Virus record (IMG/VR): IMGVR_UViG_3300045256_000567
Length of the DNA stretch: 64,000 nt
Direction: 5' to 3' (one strand)
DNA from: a virus
The notes under the pieces are model-generated. The model worked only from the letters and a program-made list of their open reading frames with translations, had not been told where the DNA came from and did no database searches. A program made the translations under genes and the position numbers. Below, piece by piece: positions 1 to 11,100 of the stretch; position 1 is the stretch's first letter; the number at the start of each line of letters is the position of its first letter.

Positions 1-220
1 CTGATAAAACATCTACAGATAAATTTTTAAATTTTAAAAATAAATACTCATTACTAGAGTAATATTGATATGCAGAAGAGAAAAATGATATTTCAGTATT
101 ACCAGAATTCACGCTATATGAAGTAAATATTAAAAAATTTGAATAAGAAGTAGGAAGTTGTATATTCTGGTCTACAGAAAAATTTACAACTCTTCCTTGT
201 GAGCTAGATATTGTAAACAT
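1..220 (-). CDS. Hypothetical protein, 5' part only (MFTISSSQGRVVNFSVDQ...), runs off the window start
   Basis: Translated by hand; open from ATG at 220 to position 1; follows the 226-594 gene. Confidence 0.7.
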   Translation of the reverse strand, partial: MFTISSSQGRVVNFSVDQNIQLPTSYSNFLIFTSYSVNSGNTEISFFSSAYQYYSSNEYLFLKFKNLSVDVLS

Positions 221-225
221 AAAAA

Positions 226-594
226 TTATTTGTCATTTTTCTTTGTGACTTTTTTTGATTTTTTGGAGTCAGAATTGTTGTTATCTTTGCTATCTTCAGG
301 AGAAGGTTCTATATTTTCAGATTTTACGTTTTCAGTATCTGTTTCTTGGTTATTACTAGTATCACTTTGATTTGTGGTGTCTATTTTTTGAGTTTGTTCT
401 TCTTCATTTATTACTTCGTATTGAGTAATAAATTTCATGCTTTTTAAGTTTTCTAAGAAATTAACTAAATCTTGTTCGGTTGCTGGGTCTGCTTCCAAAT
501 AAAGATCTTCATTTTCTTTGTAGACTTTGTATACCAGTCCTTTATAAAACATTCTTAGTTGAACGTAAGGATTTAACTTTACTTTCTTTCTCAT
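226..594 (-). CDS. Hypothetical protein with a low-complexity acidic then basic C-terminal tail
   Basis: 122-aa ORF; TATAAT and AGAGG SD upstream. Confidence 0.8.
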   Translation of the reverse strand: MRKKVKLNPYVQLRMFYKGLVYKVYKENEDLYLEADPATEQDLVNFLENLKSMKFITQYEVINEEEQTQKIDTTNQSDTSNNQETDTENVKSENIEPSPEDSKDNNNSDSKKSKKVTKKNDK

Positions 595-616
595 ATTTTC
601 CCTCTTTTGTATTATA

Positions 617-796
617 CTACATTTTCGATTTTTTTCTGTACTTTTTGTACTCTTCGTTCCAATCTTTTACACTGTACTCACTGTTTTCTGTTTTCTTTTG
701 TAAGTAAAAACTTATTAAGTTCTGCACTTCCTTTAAATCTTTTTTATTTTGTAAAATTTCTAATTTTCTTGAATACCAACTTTTTAAAGATTCCAT
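617..796 (-). CDS. Small hypothetical protein, 59 aa (MESLKSWYSRKLEILQ...), below the ORF-track cutoff
   Basis: Translated by hand; fills the gap between two minus-strand genes. Confidence 0.65.
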   Translation of the reverse strand: MESLKSWYSRKLEILQNKKDLKEVQNLISFYLQKKTENSEYSVKDWNEEYKKYRKKSKM

Positions 797-803
797 ATCA
801 CAC

Positions 804-2708
804 CTAAAGAAGAGTATACAACTCTATTGAATAATTTGATGAATTTATAGCAGTTGAAGAAAACTGTACGGTATGGGTAGTAGAAGGAACTAGAGAAGTC
901 ACATAAGATATTATACTACTACCGATTTTTAATATTGCAAGTATTTTCACAGGTTCAGAAAATTCAATTGTTGAAATTAAAAGGTTTCCGGCAAGTCTAG
1001 TGTCATGTTGTATTAAAGATATAGCGTTTGATTCTTTAATTGCTTCTGTTTTGTAACTAGAAATTAATGAAAGATTGTAAAGTGTTATAGTAGAACGCAA
1101 AGATGGAAGTATTAATTTGTAACTTGTTGGTACATAAGTCAAGGAATCTAAAACTGTACCATCAACCCCAAGGGTTAAATATTTTTGTAAGTCTTCTCCA
1201 AGAAAGAAAGATATAAAAATATTTTTATAAATATCATTTGTATATATGCGGATATAATTTGGAGACAAACTATATATTGGATTATATGAATTAGATGTTA
1301 CGTCTCCATTTATTGATACAGAACTTAGTGAATAGTAGTTAGAAATAAGAAAATTATTAGCTTGTGATATTAAGCTATTTATCTGTGTTAAATACGAAGC
1401 ATCAAAATTATTTTTATAAATATTTAGATAGGTTTTTATTAATGCAGCTTGTAAAGGATCAGAAATGTTAGAATATTTTGTATTTACGTCCCACCCTACT
1501 GCATTTTCATCAAAAAATACTCTTTCTATTTCTTTAATCCAAGGATTTATATTTTCATTTGAAATATCTAGAATATTTATGAAAAATAAGTTAGTGCCCA
1601 AGGAATATATAGAAGGAAGAGTAAAAGTATTTTGATTGTAAATAATAGAATCAGGAAGCAAAGAAGCATTAGTATTTGGTATAGGAAGTTTTGGATAAAA
1701 AACACCAGAAGAAAGAGAAAAAGTTTTTAAAAAAATTAATATATCACTATAAATGTTATAAGAAATAGTTAATAAATAAGGAATTTTTGTTGCTGTATAT
1801 ATAGATAATAATATATCTAGTATACTTACTTCTGCGCTTATTGGCTCATATTGTAAATTATTTTCATTATAATAGTATTCTTTATAAAGTAATTTATTTG
1901 CTGCTTTAGGCAATGAATTATATGTAGAAAATTCAGTAAAAGTAGATTCATTTAAAGAAGAAAGTATATTTGTTGAAAATAAATAAGATAAAATAGAATA
2001 TCCAGATAAATAATATTTGTTTGTATTTGGTAAAAATCTATATTGCGAAGGGAATTTAAAGTCGGTTAAAATTTGCAACTTATTACTTCCTATGCCTCTC
2101 CCAAGATAGAATAAAGTAATGTTGTTAGAAACAATAGATGATATAGATTTATAGATAGATGTTTGCCTATAATTAGGATTACTAAAATATAAACCGCTAA
2201 AAATTTCTCTAAATAAGTAAGTTTCTCCTACCACCTGGTTCAATGGATTATAATAAGTAGCTGTATATCTTTGATCTAGTGGTATATATCCAAGTTTTAA
2301 ATCTTCAGTAGAATAAATAAATTTACTGTTTGCAGTTAATGCTATATACGAAACGGTTTGGTTTACAGATTGGTAAGACAATTCTAATCCATCTAAATTA
2401 GAGGGCAAAAAAGTTTCATATAATAATTGATCATTAGAATTATAAATTCTAATTGAATAATTATTGGAAACTTGAATAGAGTTTGGATTTTTTATTTTTA
2501 TTACAAATGTTTGGTTTAAATTATTTGTATCATTTAAATTGCCGGAAAGTAATTCAAAATAAATTCCGTCAGACAACACGCTAGTGCACAATGAGTTGTT
2601 TATAGAATAGTTTTTATTTAAATAAAACTTATTATTTTTATTTGTTAAAATAAAGCACTCATCAGATCCATATGAGCTAAAGAAATTTATAGCTTTAACC
2701 AAAGACAT
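804..2708 (-). CDS. Hypothetical protein, possibly virion structural (S/N/Y-rich)
   Basis: 634-aa ORF; TATAAT-6 nt-ATG leaderless-type start; function inferred from composition only. Confidence 0.75.
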   Translation of the reverse strand: MSLVKAINFFSSYGSDECFILTNKNNKFYLNKNYSINNSLCTSVLSDGIYFELLSGNLNDTNNLNQTFVIKIKNPNSIQVSNNYSIRIYNSNDQLLYETFLPSNLDGLELSYQSVNQTVSYIALTANSKFIYSTEDLKLGYIPLDQRYTATYYNPLNQVVGETYLFREIFSGLYFSNPNYRQTSIYKSISSIVSNNITLFYLGRGIGSNKLQILTDFKFPSQYRFLPNTNKYYLSGYSILSYLFSTNILSSLNESTFTEFSTYNSLPKAANKLLYKEYYYNENNLQYEPISAEVSILDILLSIYTATKIPYLLTISYNIYSDILIFLKTFSLSSGVFYPKLPIPNTNASLLPDSIIYNQNTFTLPSIYSLGTNLFFINILDISNENINPWIKEIERVFFDENAVGWDVNTKYSNISDPLQAALIKTYLNIYKNNFDASYLTQINSLISQANNFLISNYYSLSSVSINGDVTSNSYNPIYSLSPNYIRIYTNDIYKNIFISFFLGEDLQKYLTLGVDGTVLDSLTYVPTSYKLILPSLRSTITLYNLSLISSYKTEAIKESNAISLIQHDTRLAGNLLISTIEFSEPVKILAILKIGSSIISYVTSLVPSTTHTVQFSSTAINSSNYSIELYTLL

Positions 2709-2722
2709 AATTGTATTATATA

Positions 2723-3208
2723 ATGAAGAAGAGAAATATGGTAGACTTAATAGGAGTTTTATTATTAATTTACAATTTATTTACATTTGGTCAGCCAAAT
2801 GATATTAAATATTCTTTTTCTATATCTTTAGATATTCAATATCAAACAGATATATCAGCTAGCTTAGGATTAAAGGTTGATCCCGTTCTTATTTACGAAA
2901 TAAATGATAAAAATAAACCATATTGCGGAATGTTTTTTTATAATGCAATTGTTTTAAATGATGCTTCCATGGGTAAATGTGAAGATACTCTATCTCATGA
3001 ATTAAACCATTGGAAACAAAGGCAAGCAGTAGGGCCTTTTATGTTTTTAGGAAATTATTTGCCTTGCAACAATAATCTTCCTCACGATATAGATGGAATT
3101 TGGTGTGCACATCCAAATTTCACTGATAGAAACATGCTACTTCCAAAAGGTTTAAATTACCCACTTTTTGAAATAAAGATACCACTTTTTTGGGATACAT
3201 CTAAATAG
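2723..3208 (+). CDS. Small exported or membrane-anchored HExxH (zincin-like) protein
   Basis: Hydrophobic N-terminus LIGVLLLIYNLFTF; HELNH motif; ATG at 2723 preferred over TTG at 2711. Confidence 0.6.
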   Translation: MKKRNMVDLIGVLLLIYNLFTFGQPNDIKYSFSISLDIQYQTDISASLGLKVDPVLIYEINDKNKPYCGMFFYNAIVLNDASMGKCEDTLSHELNHWKQRQAVGPFMFLGNYLPCNNNLPHDIDGIWCAHPNFTDRNMLLPKGLNYPLFEIKIPLFWDTSK

Positions 3209-3212
3209 ATAT

Positions 3213-3401
3213 TATGGGAACATTCTACTCCAAAGACGGTCCAATACAAACTGAAAAAGACTACGATGTCGTGAAAAGGGTTCCAGAAGGGCAGGTAGTC
3301 TATAACTCTAAATTTCCTAACCTTGTTTTTTATCAAAACCAAGTACTTCCAATGAGAAATGGAGTAATTGTAAACTACCAAGATTCTGATTGGGTAATGG
3401 A
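3213..3401 (+). repeat. 189-bp inverted repeat, left arm (first 63 codons of paralogue A)
   Basis: Matches the reverse complement of 12782-12970 with one synonymous mismatch (TCT/TCG). Confidence 0.95.
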
Positions 3402-6400
3402 AAATTATCAAAATTATTTAAGCAAATATAGTCAAAAGCAGCCTACTACACCAATTAAACAAACCGAAGCTCCTTTATCAGAAGAAAATACTAGTAAAAA
3501 ACTAATAGACCTTATTAGAGAAATAAATGCAATGCAGGACTTAGAAGATGTTATATCTCTAAATAATGAATTTTCTGATGCAGATTTAAAAAAATTAGAA
3601 GAAAAATATGGTATATATACTTCTTCTAAAGGAGAACTACTGATAAAAGAAAACGCAAGTTTTGAACAAATTAAAAGCTTAGTCACCCTTTTACTTAGAT
3701 ATGAAGCTTATTTATTTACAGGAAACAAGGATATTTTTAAAAAAGATTCAGAATTAGGACATTCTGATATATCCTTATTGGCGAAAAAAGAACTTAAAAA
3801 ACTATTACATATTCCTATTCCTATTATTTATGAAAAATCAGGAAATACAAATGAAGCTATTAGTTATGCTATTAGCTCTATATATGATAAAAATATGGAA
3901 TTTGATGAACTTGATATTGAATTAGCATCTATTATTTCAGAAAAAGGAAAAGAATATTATAAATCTAAAAATAAACCATATTTTTCTATAAACCTAGAAA
4001 AAAATCAGCTTTCTATTGAAGCTGCTTCAAATTTAATGAAGTTTATACCATTTTACTTTAAAGATTATTTAGGATTTGAAGGGGAAGATGATTTTATTGA
4101 AATAGAACAAATGATTAGTGCTATCCCTTCAGCAATATTTGGAAAAGACTTAATTGATTTTTTATATAGCAAAAAACCAGAAATATCAAGATTACTTAAA
4201 AACTTTTTCTCCGACCAGAGTACAGGATTAATATATTCAACATGGGAATCTCTAAGAAAGTATGAATTTAGTAAATATGATAAAACTACTTTTTTGCTTA
4301 GTCTTTATGATTCTATGTTAGAGCAAATTGATAGAGAAATAAGAAAACTGTCTTTTATAAGTACAAATGCAGATGGAAAAAGCGATGCAATGTTTAATGC
4401 AGTTAAAGGAATTTTATCAGCATATTTATCAAACTCTGTTATGTATATAATGAAAAATCAAGATCTTCTTGATGACTTGAGATCAGTTAGACCAGACGAA
4501 GGATATAGCATTTTATCAGATAAGTTGATAGAATTTGAAAAAAATAACAATTTCCTATTCTTATCACGAGCACTCTCGCCTAGAAATCAAAGTACATTAG
4601 AAGCTAAAATTCTATTAGGATTTTTTTCAAATGAAAATTTAGATAACCAAAAAATTAAAGATTTTCTACAAAAAGATATAAAAGATATAAAAGCTAAAAA
4701 AGATATAAAAAACTATGATCTATATTTACAAGATATAGAAAAAATATTTACCGATATATTAAATCCAAGCTACAGGTTAAGAGATGAAATACAACAAAGA
4801 ATAGAAGATTCTTTTGGAAAGGCGCACCCATATGTTAAAAATAAAGAAATTATTAGCGTACTTCCTTTTATTTTTTCAAATTTAAATAATCCTGTAATTT
4901 CTTCTGGCATAGACAAAGATTTTTTGAAGGGAGTTATGAACATTATAACTGAGGAAATAAGTAAGACACTACAAAATCCTTCTTTTAGTGATGACCTTAA
5001 AGAATATTTTGAATCTTTATTAGAAGAGACTTCAAACTATTTTAAAGATGAAGATATAAAAAGCATGTCAAAGTTTCTGGTAAGTATATTACTTTCTACT
5101 AACGAAACAAATACTCCGGAAAATACAGAAAAAGTTAACGAATTGTTTAAAAAAATGATGCAAAAACTTAAAAATTCAACATCAACTACAGAATTTGTCG
5201 AAAATTCTGAATTCATTTCTGAAACAGTAAAAATGTTTGAAGATTTATTTCATCCTCAATACAACGCTTACATAGGTTTTATTGAAATGAAACAAAGCTT
5301 GAATATATTGCATCTAAAAAAAGAGTTATATCAAGAATTGGTTGATTTAGAAGAATCAAACTATACCTTGGCTTCAGCATTACAAGAATCACTGCTACAA
5401 AGAAAAGATAGTTTAATCTATCCTACAGGATATGAAAATTTCCAAAGCGATCAAGATAAAAATATAGCCGCAAAAAAAGAAAGAAAAGAATTTATAGATA
5501 ATGCTAAACTTCGTTCAGTAGAAGTACTGAAGGAGGCAATAGATAAATTAAAAAATAAAGATTTTACTACAACAGAAAGGTACGTTGGTGAGGAATTAGA
5601 AAAAAGAAAAAAAGAGCTGATAGGACAACTGTCTTATATTGCAAATTTTATAAATTCAGAATATAAAACAGAACCTTTATATAAACTTAATGAAGCATTT
5701 TATAATGCACTCGATATTATAAAAAGTATGTATCAATTTTCATCTGATAAAAAAACTAGAGATACTTTAATAAGCATTGGTGCTGAAGTTTTTTATTCCA
5801 AGTTTTCTATTTCGGATATATTGATGGAAAATAAAAACAATACAAACTTTACTATATCTGTTTCAAGTGGTTCTCCAAGCACACATATTTCTGGGCATAT
5901 ATTTCTTATGAAATTAGTAAAAGATTTAGATAGATACAAAGAAATAGCAGTTAGTTTTACGAGTAAATATTCAGCGATACCATTACTGACCATATCTAAA
6001 TATAATCAAAAAAGGACTCCTATAATTAATATTTCCAGAGATTCAGAAAACAAACTATATATAGATTTTGCGCACTCCATATTTTATCCTTATTATGGAA
6101 CGTCAAGCTCTAGCGATCAATTTGCAGTTAGTGAATCGGTAATAAAACCAAATATTATTTCTTCTCAAAATATTCCTAGTAACTTATCGAATAGAATTTC
6201 TTCAACAAATTTTTATGATAATATACCAAGACCGCTACTTTCATCAACAAAAACACAGGAAATTTCTTTAGATTCTTTAAAAGAACTTTTGTTTTCAGGC
6301 CCAAAAACATTAGAAAGAATGTCATACGCAGAATCAATGGTTTGTAATTTTCCTCTACTTGTTTCTAATGAGAAATTTATGGGGCCAATAAGACCGGTTA

Positions 6401-8109
6401 TTGATAATATATATAATTTTAAAGATTTAAGAGATAAAGGAACAAGAGCAAGGCCAATCGTTGTTATTAAAAGATCTTTATCTAAGTATGCTAGGGAATC
6501 TATAAAAAAATTAAAACTTTCCACATCTCCTTTAGAATTAGAAGAACATAAAAGAAGTTTAAACGAATACTTAGGAGCGAGCACACTCGATAATTTTAAT
6601 GTAAATTCTTTTGATCATTTAATTGATGATGAGAGGGGAATGTTTAGAGAAACGTTCGGAGAAATAACAGGTTCCGAATACAAAAGAAATAAAGAAAGTT
6701 CGTTTACCAGTAACTATACAATACAGGTAACAACAAAATCTAAAGAAGGAATTTCAAAAAATTTTACTATTGTTCCTTCTTATATAAGTATCAATTCTTT
6801 CAAAAGAATTTCTTCTAAATTTTTGAATAATCTATTAAATCAATATATAGAGAAAAAAACAAAATCTCTGCAACAAAACCTAAATGAGGAAGAAAGAAAA
6901 TTAATAGAAGTAGATGCAAAGGAAATTGAAGGAAAGATAAATGATTTTACAGTTTTCTTGGAAATGGTTAATGTAGATGATTACAAATTAACAACTGGTA
7001 TGTTAAATGCACTATTTGATTCGTTAGGAAATTTAGGCAGAGCAGAAAAAGATTTTTCTAATTTTCTTGCCGAACAACTACTTTTTGACTCGTCTTTAGG
7101 ATTAGCTCCAGCATTTGTATATGATGAAGATAGTATAGTATTTGCTCCTCATACATACAATTCTAACAAAATAGAAGACACTTATCACGCCCACATGCAT
7201 CCGTTGTACTTGTTAGGAAACATCTCACCTAGATTCATGTATAAAATTGGTAAATTTACGAAAAAATTTATAGATAAAACAACTGATGAAAAATTTTCCA
7301 GTATTTTAAAAAATTTATCAAAAGGAGGTGTTTTGAAGTTAGTACCAGGATTTTTTAGAGCTTATCATTTTCAAGGAAATGTACTTCATGATATATTAGA
7401 TGCATTTAAAAGAATTCCCCTAGCTAACGCTTTACAGGAAAGTAACGAATCAGATCTTGATGAATTAGAAAGACAAGTAGATTTAGGTTTCTTTGATAAA
7501 GAAAAAGAAGAATTTATAAAACTGGGCGGAGGTTACACATTTGGGTTTGACCCAGGTAAAAAAGATACTCCTACCTATCAAAGACGTATTTTATATGAGT
7601 TTATAAAAGATTTTAAAACTACGCTATTTCATGAAATTGGGCATCAATTAGATTTTGAGGAAGACGAACAGACAAGAAATTCTGTATATAAAAAATTTAA
7701 TGACACGCTAAAAGAGGTACTTAAAGAACTGAAAAGTTCTATAGCTTCAGATAGTAGTATAAGAGAAGATTTAAAGGGGTCTTTATATAGGTATATAGAT
7801 GAATATACTCAAAAATTGCTGACATCTACTATGAACAGAGCTGATTATAAGGTATATGAATCTTTTTTATCCTTTATCTACACTACAGATAAGCCTGTTA
7901 GAGAAGAATTATATAAAATATTTGAAAGAAAACAGTCAGAGGGGTTGTTATTAAACACATACGCTCTTTTTAACTCTGTTGAGATCCCATCAACCGTACT
8001 GGAATACGCCTCTATTTTGGGGGAAGAGGAATTTAAGAAAAGATTTCCAAAATACATAGAAGTGCTAGACTACCTATTAGAAATTGCGAAAAATGGAGGT
8101 TATCTATAG
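3214..8109 (+). CDS. Giant probable virion/internal protein with a C-terminal zincin (HExxH) metallopeptidase-like domain, paralogue A
   Basis: 1631 aa; LFHEIGHQLD followed by NTYALFNSVE, resembling the anthrax-lethal-factor-type third-ligand region. Confidence 0.75.
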   Translation: MGTFYSKDGPIQTEKDYDVVKRVPEGQVVYNSKFPNLVFYQNQVLPMRNGVIVNYQDSDWVMENYQNYLSKYSQKQPTTPIKQTEAPLSEENTSKKLIDLIREINAMQDLEDVISLNNEFSDADLKKLEEKYGIYTSSKGELLIKENASFEQIKSLVTLLLRYEAYLFTGNKDIFKKDSELGHSDISLLAKKELKKLLHIPIPIIYEKSGNTNEAISYAISSIYDKNMEFDELDIELASIISEKGKEYYKSKNKPYFSINLEKNQLSIEAASNLMKFIPFYFKDYLGFEGEDDFIEIEQMISAIPSAIFGKDLIDFLYSKKPEISRLLKNFFSDQSTGLIYSTWESLRKYEFSKYDKTTFLLSLYDSMLEQIDREIRKLSFISTNADGKSDAMFNAVKGILSAYLSNSVMYIMKNQDLLDDLRSVRPDEGYSILSDKLIEFEKNNNFLFLSRALSPRNQSTLEAKILLGFFSNENLDNQKIKDFLQKDIKDIKAKKDIKNYDLYLQDIEKIFTDILNPSYRLRDEIQQRIEDSFGKAHPYVKNKEIISVLPFIFSNLNNPVISSGIDKDFLKGVMNIITEEISKTLQNPSFSDDLKEYFESLLEETSNYFKDEDIKSMSKFLVSILLSTNETNTPENTEKVNELFKKMMQKLKNSTSTTEFVENSEFISETVKMFEDLFHPQYNAYIGFIEMKQSLNILHLKKELYQELVDLEESNYTLASALQESLLQRKDSLIYPTGYENFQSDQDKNIAAKKERKEFIDNAKLRSVEVLKEAIDKLKNKDFTTTERYVGEELEKRKKELIGQLSYIANFINSEYKTEPLYKLNEAFYNALDIIKSMYQFSSDKKTRDTLISIGAEVFYSKFSISDILMENKNNTNFTISVSSGSPSTHISGHIFLMKLVKDLDRYKEIAVSFTSKYSAIPLLTISKYNQKRTPIINISRDSENKLYIDFAHSIFYPYYGTSSSSDQFAVSESVIKPNIISSQNIPSNLSNRISSTNFYDNIPRPLLSSTKTQEISLDSLKELLFSGPKTLERMSYAESMVCNFPLLVSNEKFMGPIRPVIDNIYNFKDLRDKGTRARPIVVIKRSLSKYARESIKKLKLSTSPLELEEHKRSLNEYLGASTLDNFNVNSFDHLIDDERGMFRETFGEITGSEYKRNKESSFTSNYTIQVTTKSKEGISKNFTIVPSYISINSFKRISSKFLNNLLNQYIEKKTKSLQQNLNEEERKLIEVDAKEIEGKINDFTVFLEMVNVDDYKLTTGMLNALFDSLGNLGRAEKDFSNFLAEQLLFDSSLGLAPAFVYDEDSIVFAPHTYNSNKIEDTYHAHMHPLYLLGNISPRFMYKIGKFTKKFIDKTTDEKFSSILKNLSKGGVLKLVPGFFRAYHFQGNVLHDILDAFKRIPLANALQESNESDLDELERQVDLGFFDKEKEEFIKLGGGYTFGFDPGKKDTPTYQRRILYEFIKDFKTTLFHEIGHQLDFEEDEQTRNSVYKKFNDTLKEVLKELKSSIASDSSIREDLKGSLYRYIDEYTQKLLTSTMNRADYKVYESFLSFIYTTDKPVREELYKIFERKQSEGLLLNTYALFNSVEIPSTVLEYASILGEEEFKKRFPKYIEVLDYLLEIAKNGGYL

Positions 8110-11100
8110 ATATCCGCGTGATTTTGCTACACTAAGTAAATAGTCTAAAACTGTTTCATATTCTTTAAATCTTTTTCTAAATTCTTCTTCTCCTAAAACC
8201 GAAGCAAACTCCAGTACAGTTGAAGGTATTTCATTACCATTAAAAAGAGCATAAGTATTTAATAATACACCGCTGTCTACATATTTAGATAGAATTTTAA
8301 TAAATTCATTTTTCTCTTTAACATCTACAGATAAATCAGAAAAGAATTCTCTAAATTTTTCATATATGCTGTAATCGATAATATTAATATCTCCATTAAT
8401 TACTCGGTTTATATATGCATCTACAAGATCGATAATTGTGTGTTTTTTTGATTTACCTAAACTGCTTAATTCAATATCCTCTTTAAGTTTTCCTATATAT
8501 TTTTTAATAGTTGGTGATATAGATTTGTAAAATTTTTTCCTTTCGTTATATCCCGCCAAATAATCTAATTTATGACCAAGTTCGTGAAATAAAATAGTTT
8601 TTAAACTTCCTATATATTCGTTAATATTTTCATCCAAAATATTTTTAGGATAGTCATTTGATTGGTCTTCTGTATTTGATATTTCAGTTTCTGTGCTTAA
8701 TCTCTGTTTTTTAGAAATTTCACCATATTCCAATTCTTTTTCTAGCAAATCAAATTCTGTACTTACACCTAATAAATTTGTAGATATACCAAACTTTCTT
8801 AATGAATCTAGGACATCATGAAATATATGCTCACCTCTTCTATAAAAAGATCTGAAAATGCCTGGAACCATTTTTATTGAACCTTCTTTTGAAACATTTT
8901 CTAATATTTTAGAAAATTTTTCATCAGTTGTTTTTTCTACTATCTTTTTTGAAAGTCTTGAAATTTTATACATAAATCTAGAAGATATGTTTCCTAGGGT
9001 GTATAAAGGAAACATCTCAAAATGAAATGTACTTTCTAAATTATTAGATTTTGGAATATATGGGGAAAAGCTTATACCATTTTCATCATAAAAAAATACA
9101 GGACTTATCCCTAAAGATCCTTCAAGTATTAGCTGTTCAGCGAGAAAGTTACCAAAATCTTGATAATCTTCCCCTGTATATACTAGCTTATCCAATATAC
9201 TTTCTAACATTCCAATTGATGAAATATAATTACTAGTTTCAATTTCTCTTAGAAAATTTTTAAATTTTATTATTTTTCCCTTTATTTGTTCTAACTCATC
9301 TGATCCTAATCCTAGTTTTTCTTTTTTATTTGCATATTCCTCAAATAACTTATTTATATATTTATAAGAAATTCTTTTAAAAGAATCAATTCTTATAAAA
9401 GACGGTATAATAATAAGTTTTTTCTCTTCTCCACGTTTAGATCTTGTTGTTATTTCTATTTGGTAATTATTTGAAGTTGTATCCGTATAAGTTTTTTTAT
9501 ACTCGGCTTTAATTATATCTCCAAATGTTTCTTTAAACGAACCATTTTGATCGTCAAAAAAATGATCAAACGCATCAACAGAAAAATCTTTTAATATAGA
9601 TGATCCAATATTTTCATCTAATTCTCTTTTCCATTCTTGTGTTCTACCACTATGTGAAGAAATTAATAAATATAGGTCAATGTTATTACGCATTGACATG
9701 ATAATACTATTTATTGTATTGATTGCGTCCACGTTATTACGATCTTTATAATGATACAAATTATCCATAAACGGCCTTATTGGACCTAAAAACTTTTCAT
9801 TTGAAACAATTAATGGAAAACTGTAGGCCATTGATTCAGCATAAGATAAATCATCTAATGTTTTTGGAACTCCCCAAAAAATATCTTTTAATGAACCTAA
9901 AGAAATTCTCTGATGCTTTGCTCCTGCAATTTGTGGTCTTGGTATTTTGTTGTTTTCAACTAAAATATTTACTCTACCATAAAAATTAGGATTTATAGCA
10001 CTAAACATAGGGCTAACTCTTTCAATTACTTTTTCCGACAACGAAAAATTATTATCTTTTCCTGGAGATGTATATGGATAATATACAGTACTCGCAAAAT
10101 CTATATATAAATTATTATCATGTTGCAATGAAATTTTTAGTATTGGTATTCTTTTTTGGTTATATTTAGAAATAGTAAGTATTGTAAATGATCTATCAGG
10201 AGCATTATTTGTAAAATTAAATGCAAACTCTCTATATTTTTCTAAATCTTTTACAAGTTTCATAAAAAATATATGCCCAGAAATATGGTGACTTGGAGAA
10301 CCACTAGAAATAGAAACCGTAAAATTAGAGTTGCTATTAGATTCCATTAATATATCTGATAAAAGAAATTTTGCTGATAAAATTTTTCCACCAATTCTTA
10401 TAAGATTTCTTCTTAATTTAAAACCAGTAGATAAGTTGCTTAAATTATTTACGGCATCAAGCATTCTATAAAAAGCTTCATTAAATTTATAAATTGGTTC
10501 TGTTTTGTATTCCGAATCTATGAATTTAACCATATAATCCATGTATTTTGCTATTTCTTTTATTCCTTGATTATACATTCCTAAAAACAATTCATCTTCT
10601 TCTGTAAGATCACCATCTTTTAATTGCTCAATGGCCTCTTTTAATGCATTTATTGCTTTTAATTTATTTTCATTTATAAAATTTATGCGTTCCAATCTTA
10701 AAGTTTTATTTTTACTATGAAGATCAGAAAAATTTCCATAATTATAATCGTAAAGAAAGCTATCTATTCTTTGCAATAAAGATTCTTGTAAAGAAGCCGC
10801 CAACGCATAATCATATTTTTCAAAATCTACTAATTGTTCATATAATTCTTTTTTTAAATTCAAAATATTTAAATTTTGTTTCATTAAAATATACCCTATA
10901 TGTGCATCATATTGGGGGTGATATAAATCCTCGAACATCTTTACTGTATCAGATATAAAATTAGCGACTATTGTAAATTTTTTTAAATCTTCTTTTGATT
11001 CTTCCAATTTTTTTAACATTTTCTTAAAAATTTCGTTTATTTTATTTGAATTTGATAATGCATTTTTATCATTAGTAGACATTATTATGTCTATTAAATC